From the NCBI GenBank assembly GCA_951406725.2, contig OX597816.1:167710001-167774000 (forward strand): a stretch of 64,000 bases of DNA, written 5' to 3'. The notes beneath the pieces were generated by a model, which made no database searches, was not told the origin of the DNA, and worked only from the letters and a program-made list of their open reading frames with translations. Shown here piece by piece: positions 61,791 to 64,000 of this stretch. The translations under genes and the position numbers were made by a program. Source of the DNA: Octopus vulgaris. Its lineage: Eukaryota. How positions within the stretch are numbered: the stretch's first letter is position 1; every line of letters begins with the position of its first letter.

Positions 61791-63221
61791 TGCCGAACAG
61801 GACTAGAGATGAATCATTTCAACAGTCCATAACTTATACGTATATAGTGAGCAAACTATATGTGAGTATGTCCGAACAGTGCATGTGTGAGAATGAATTC
61901 AAATATGAAATAGAAGAAGCACCAGTGTAATAAACATAGTCAAACATACACACACACATCATCATCATCATCAACTGTCCGTTTTCCATGCTAGCATGGG
62001 TTGGATGGTTCAACCGGGGTCTGGGAAGCCAGGAGGCTGCACCAGTCTCCAGTTTGATCTGGCAGTGTTTCTACAGCTGGATGCCCTTCCTAATGCCAAC
62101 CACTCTGAGAGTGTAGTGGGTGCTTTTTACATGCCACCGGCACAGGGGCCAGGCGAGGTTGGCAATGGCCATGATCGGTTGGTGCTTTATACATGCCACC
62201 GGCACAGAAGCCAGTCAAGGTGGCGCTGGCATCAGCCACTTTTGGATGGTGCTTTTTACGTAATACCGGCACAGGTATCGCAACTACAATTTCCATTTGA
62301 TTTTTTGATGTTGATGTACTTGACTCAATATGTCTCCTCAAGCACAGCAGTAATAGTAAAAATTGAAGTCAACAAGAAGGAGCAAGGTTGGACATTTATT
62401 CTTTAATCACTACAATTGTTACAGGTACTTGATTATGCAACCACTTCCATGCATCATGAGATTTATTTACATATCACTTGAGGAAACACAACTAGATCTC
62501 ATAATGCAGTAGAACGGTTGCATAATCAAGTACCTGCATGCCTGGAGAATTATATTGCTTGGAAACCATACTCCTTGTTGACTCCAATTTTTTCAATTAT
62601 CTATTCACACACGCCAAAAGCCCAAACACAAACGCAAAAATACATATAACACTACTACTGGTTCGCACAGGGTAAATCTGAAGGTGGACAAGTTTTACAC
62701 TGCACTATACTATGGTCTTAACACAATATACCATAACTATATATCGATCAGAATCGAAATCGATCAATGGAATTTGCGGATGTGTTACCAGTGCCGGTGG
62801 CATGTCGAAACTCTACTTGTGAAGACCCGTTGAGGCAAGTGAGGATCAGAATCGAAATCGATCAATGGAAATTGCAGATGTGTTACCAGTGCCGGTGTTA
62901 CCAGTGCCGGTGGCATGTAAGAGAACTTTCCGTTTCGCGACCGTTGCCAGCCTCGCCTGGCCCTCGTGCCGGTGGCACATAAAAAGCACCATCTGTTCGT
63001 GGCCGTTTGCCAGCTCTGTCTGGCACAAGTGCGGGTGGCACGTAAAAAGCACCCACTACACTCACGGAGTGGTTGGCGTTAGGAAGGGCATCCAGCCGTA
63101 GAAACACTGCCAGATTTGATTGGGCCTGATGAAGCCTTCTGGCTTCACAGACCCCAGTAGAACCGTCCAACCCATGCTAGCATGGAAAACGGACGCTAAA
63201 CGACGATGATGATGATGATGA

Positions 63222-63269
<48 letters not shown>

Positions 63270-63496
63270 ATTATTCTATTAAACTTTTATTTGTTTCAGT
63301 CATTTGACTGCAACCATGCTGGAGCAATGCCTTTAGTCGAACAAATTGGCCCCAGAACTTATTTTTGGAAGCTTAGTACTTATTCTGTCAGTCACTTTTT
63401 GCTGAACTGCTAAGTTACAGGGATGTAGACACACCAACATCGATTGTCAAGCAATGGTGGTGGAACAAAAACAGTGACACGAACACACACACACAC

Positions 63497-63568
<72 letters not shown>

Positions 63569-64000
63569 GACAGGATTCTTTAAGTTTCCGTCTCGTAAAT
63601 CCATTCACAAGGCTTTAGTCAGCCCGAGGCTATAGTAGAAGACTCTTGCCCAAGGTGCTATGCAGTGGGACTGAACCCAGAACCATGTGGTTGGTAAGCA
63701 AGCTACTTACCACGCAGCCACTCCTGCACCTATGTATGTATATGTATTTTTATATATACACACATACCTGCACACACACATATAACAGGCTTCCTTCAGT
63801 TTCCATTTACCAAATCCCTTCCCAAGGCTTTAGTTGGCCTAAGGTTATAGTAGAAAACAGTTGCCATGTAATGGGATTGAACCTGAAGCCATGTAGTTGG
63901 GAAGCAAACTTCTTAACCACTCAGCCAAGCCTGCACCTATTGTTACATTTCCTTATATTCCTCAAACTTAGTAAGCTTCCGCTGTACAAGTGTGGAGCTG

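Noticed and set aside
59547-64000. IFT27 N-terminal exons with the P-loop
   Set aside because: No GxxxxGK(S/T) exon found here; presumably beyond the window.

Overview
Eukaryotic, AT-rich, repeat-saturated genomic DNA. The SINE/RTE repertoire and the (TA/TG) microsatellite load suggest an octopus (coleoid cephalopod); that assignment is inference. Two intron-rich genes lie on the minus strand. (1) The 5' half of a divergent Janus kinase (JAK): five in-phase coding exons at 15139-2033 covering the start, FERM and SH2-like domains; the kinase domains lie left of the window. (2) The last five coding exons of IFT27/RABL4 (59546-49028). Almost all ORF-track entries are repeat or microsatellite artefacts. 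The remainder is a near full-length RTE LINE with a PHD finger inside its RT region, many truncated LINEs, several tRNA-derived SINE families, Helitrons and DNA-transposon relics. Most notable hidden signals: about six type-I minimal hammerhead ribozyme motifs in Penelope-like inverted-repeat elements, including a tRNA-headed hammerhead element inserted into the stem-II loop of another hammerhead (10.9-11.5 kb); a SINE that repeatedly multimerises at one fixed hairpin-loop junction (11-unit array at 53.9-55.9 kb); and clustered ISRE/IRF and STAT (GAS) motifs upstream of the JAK start codon.
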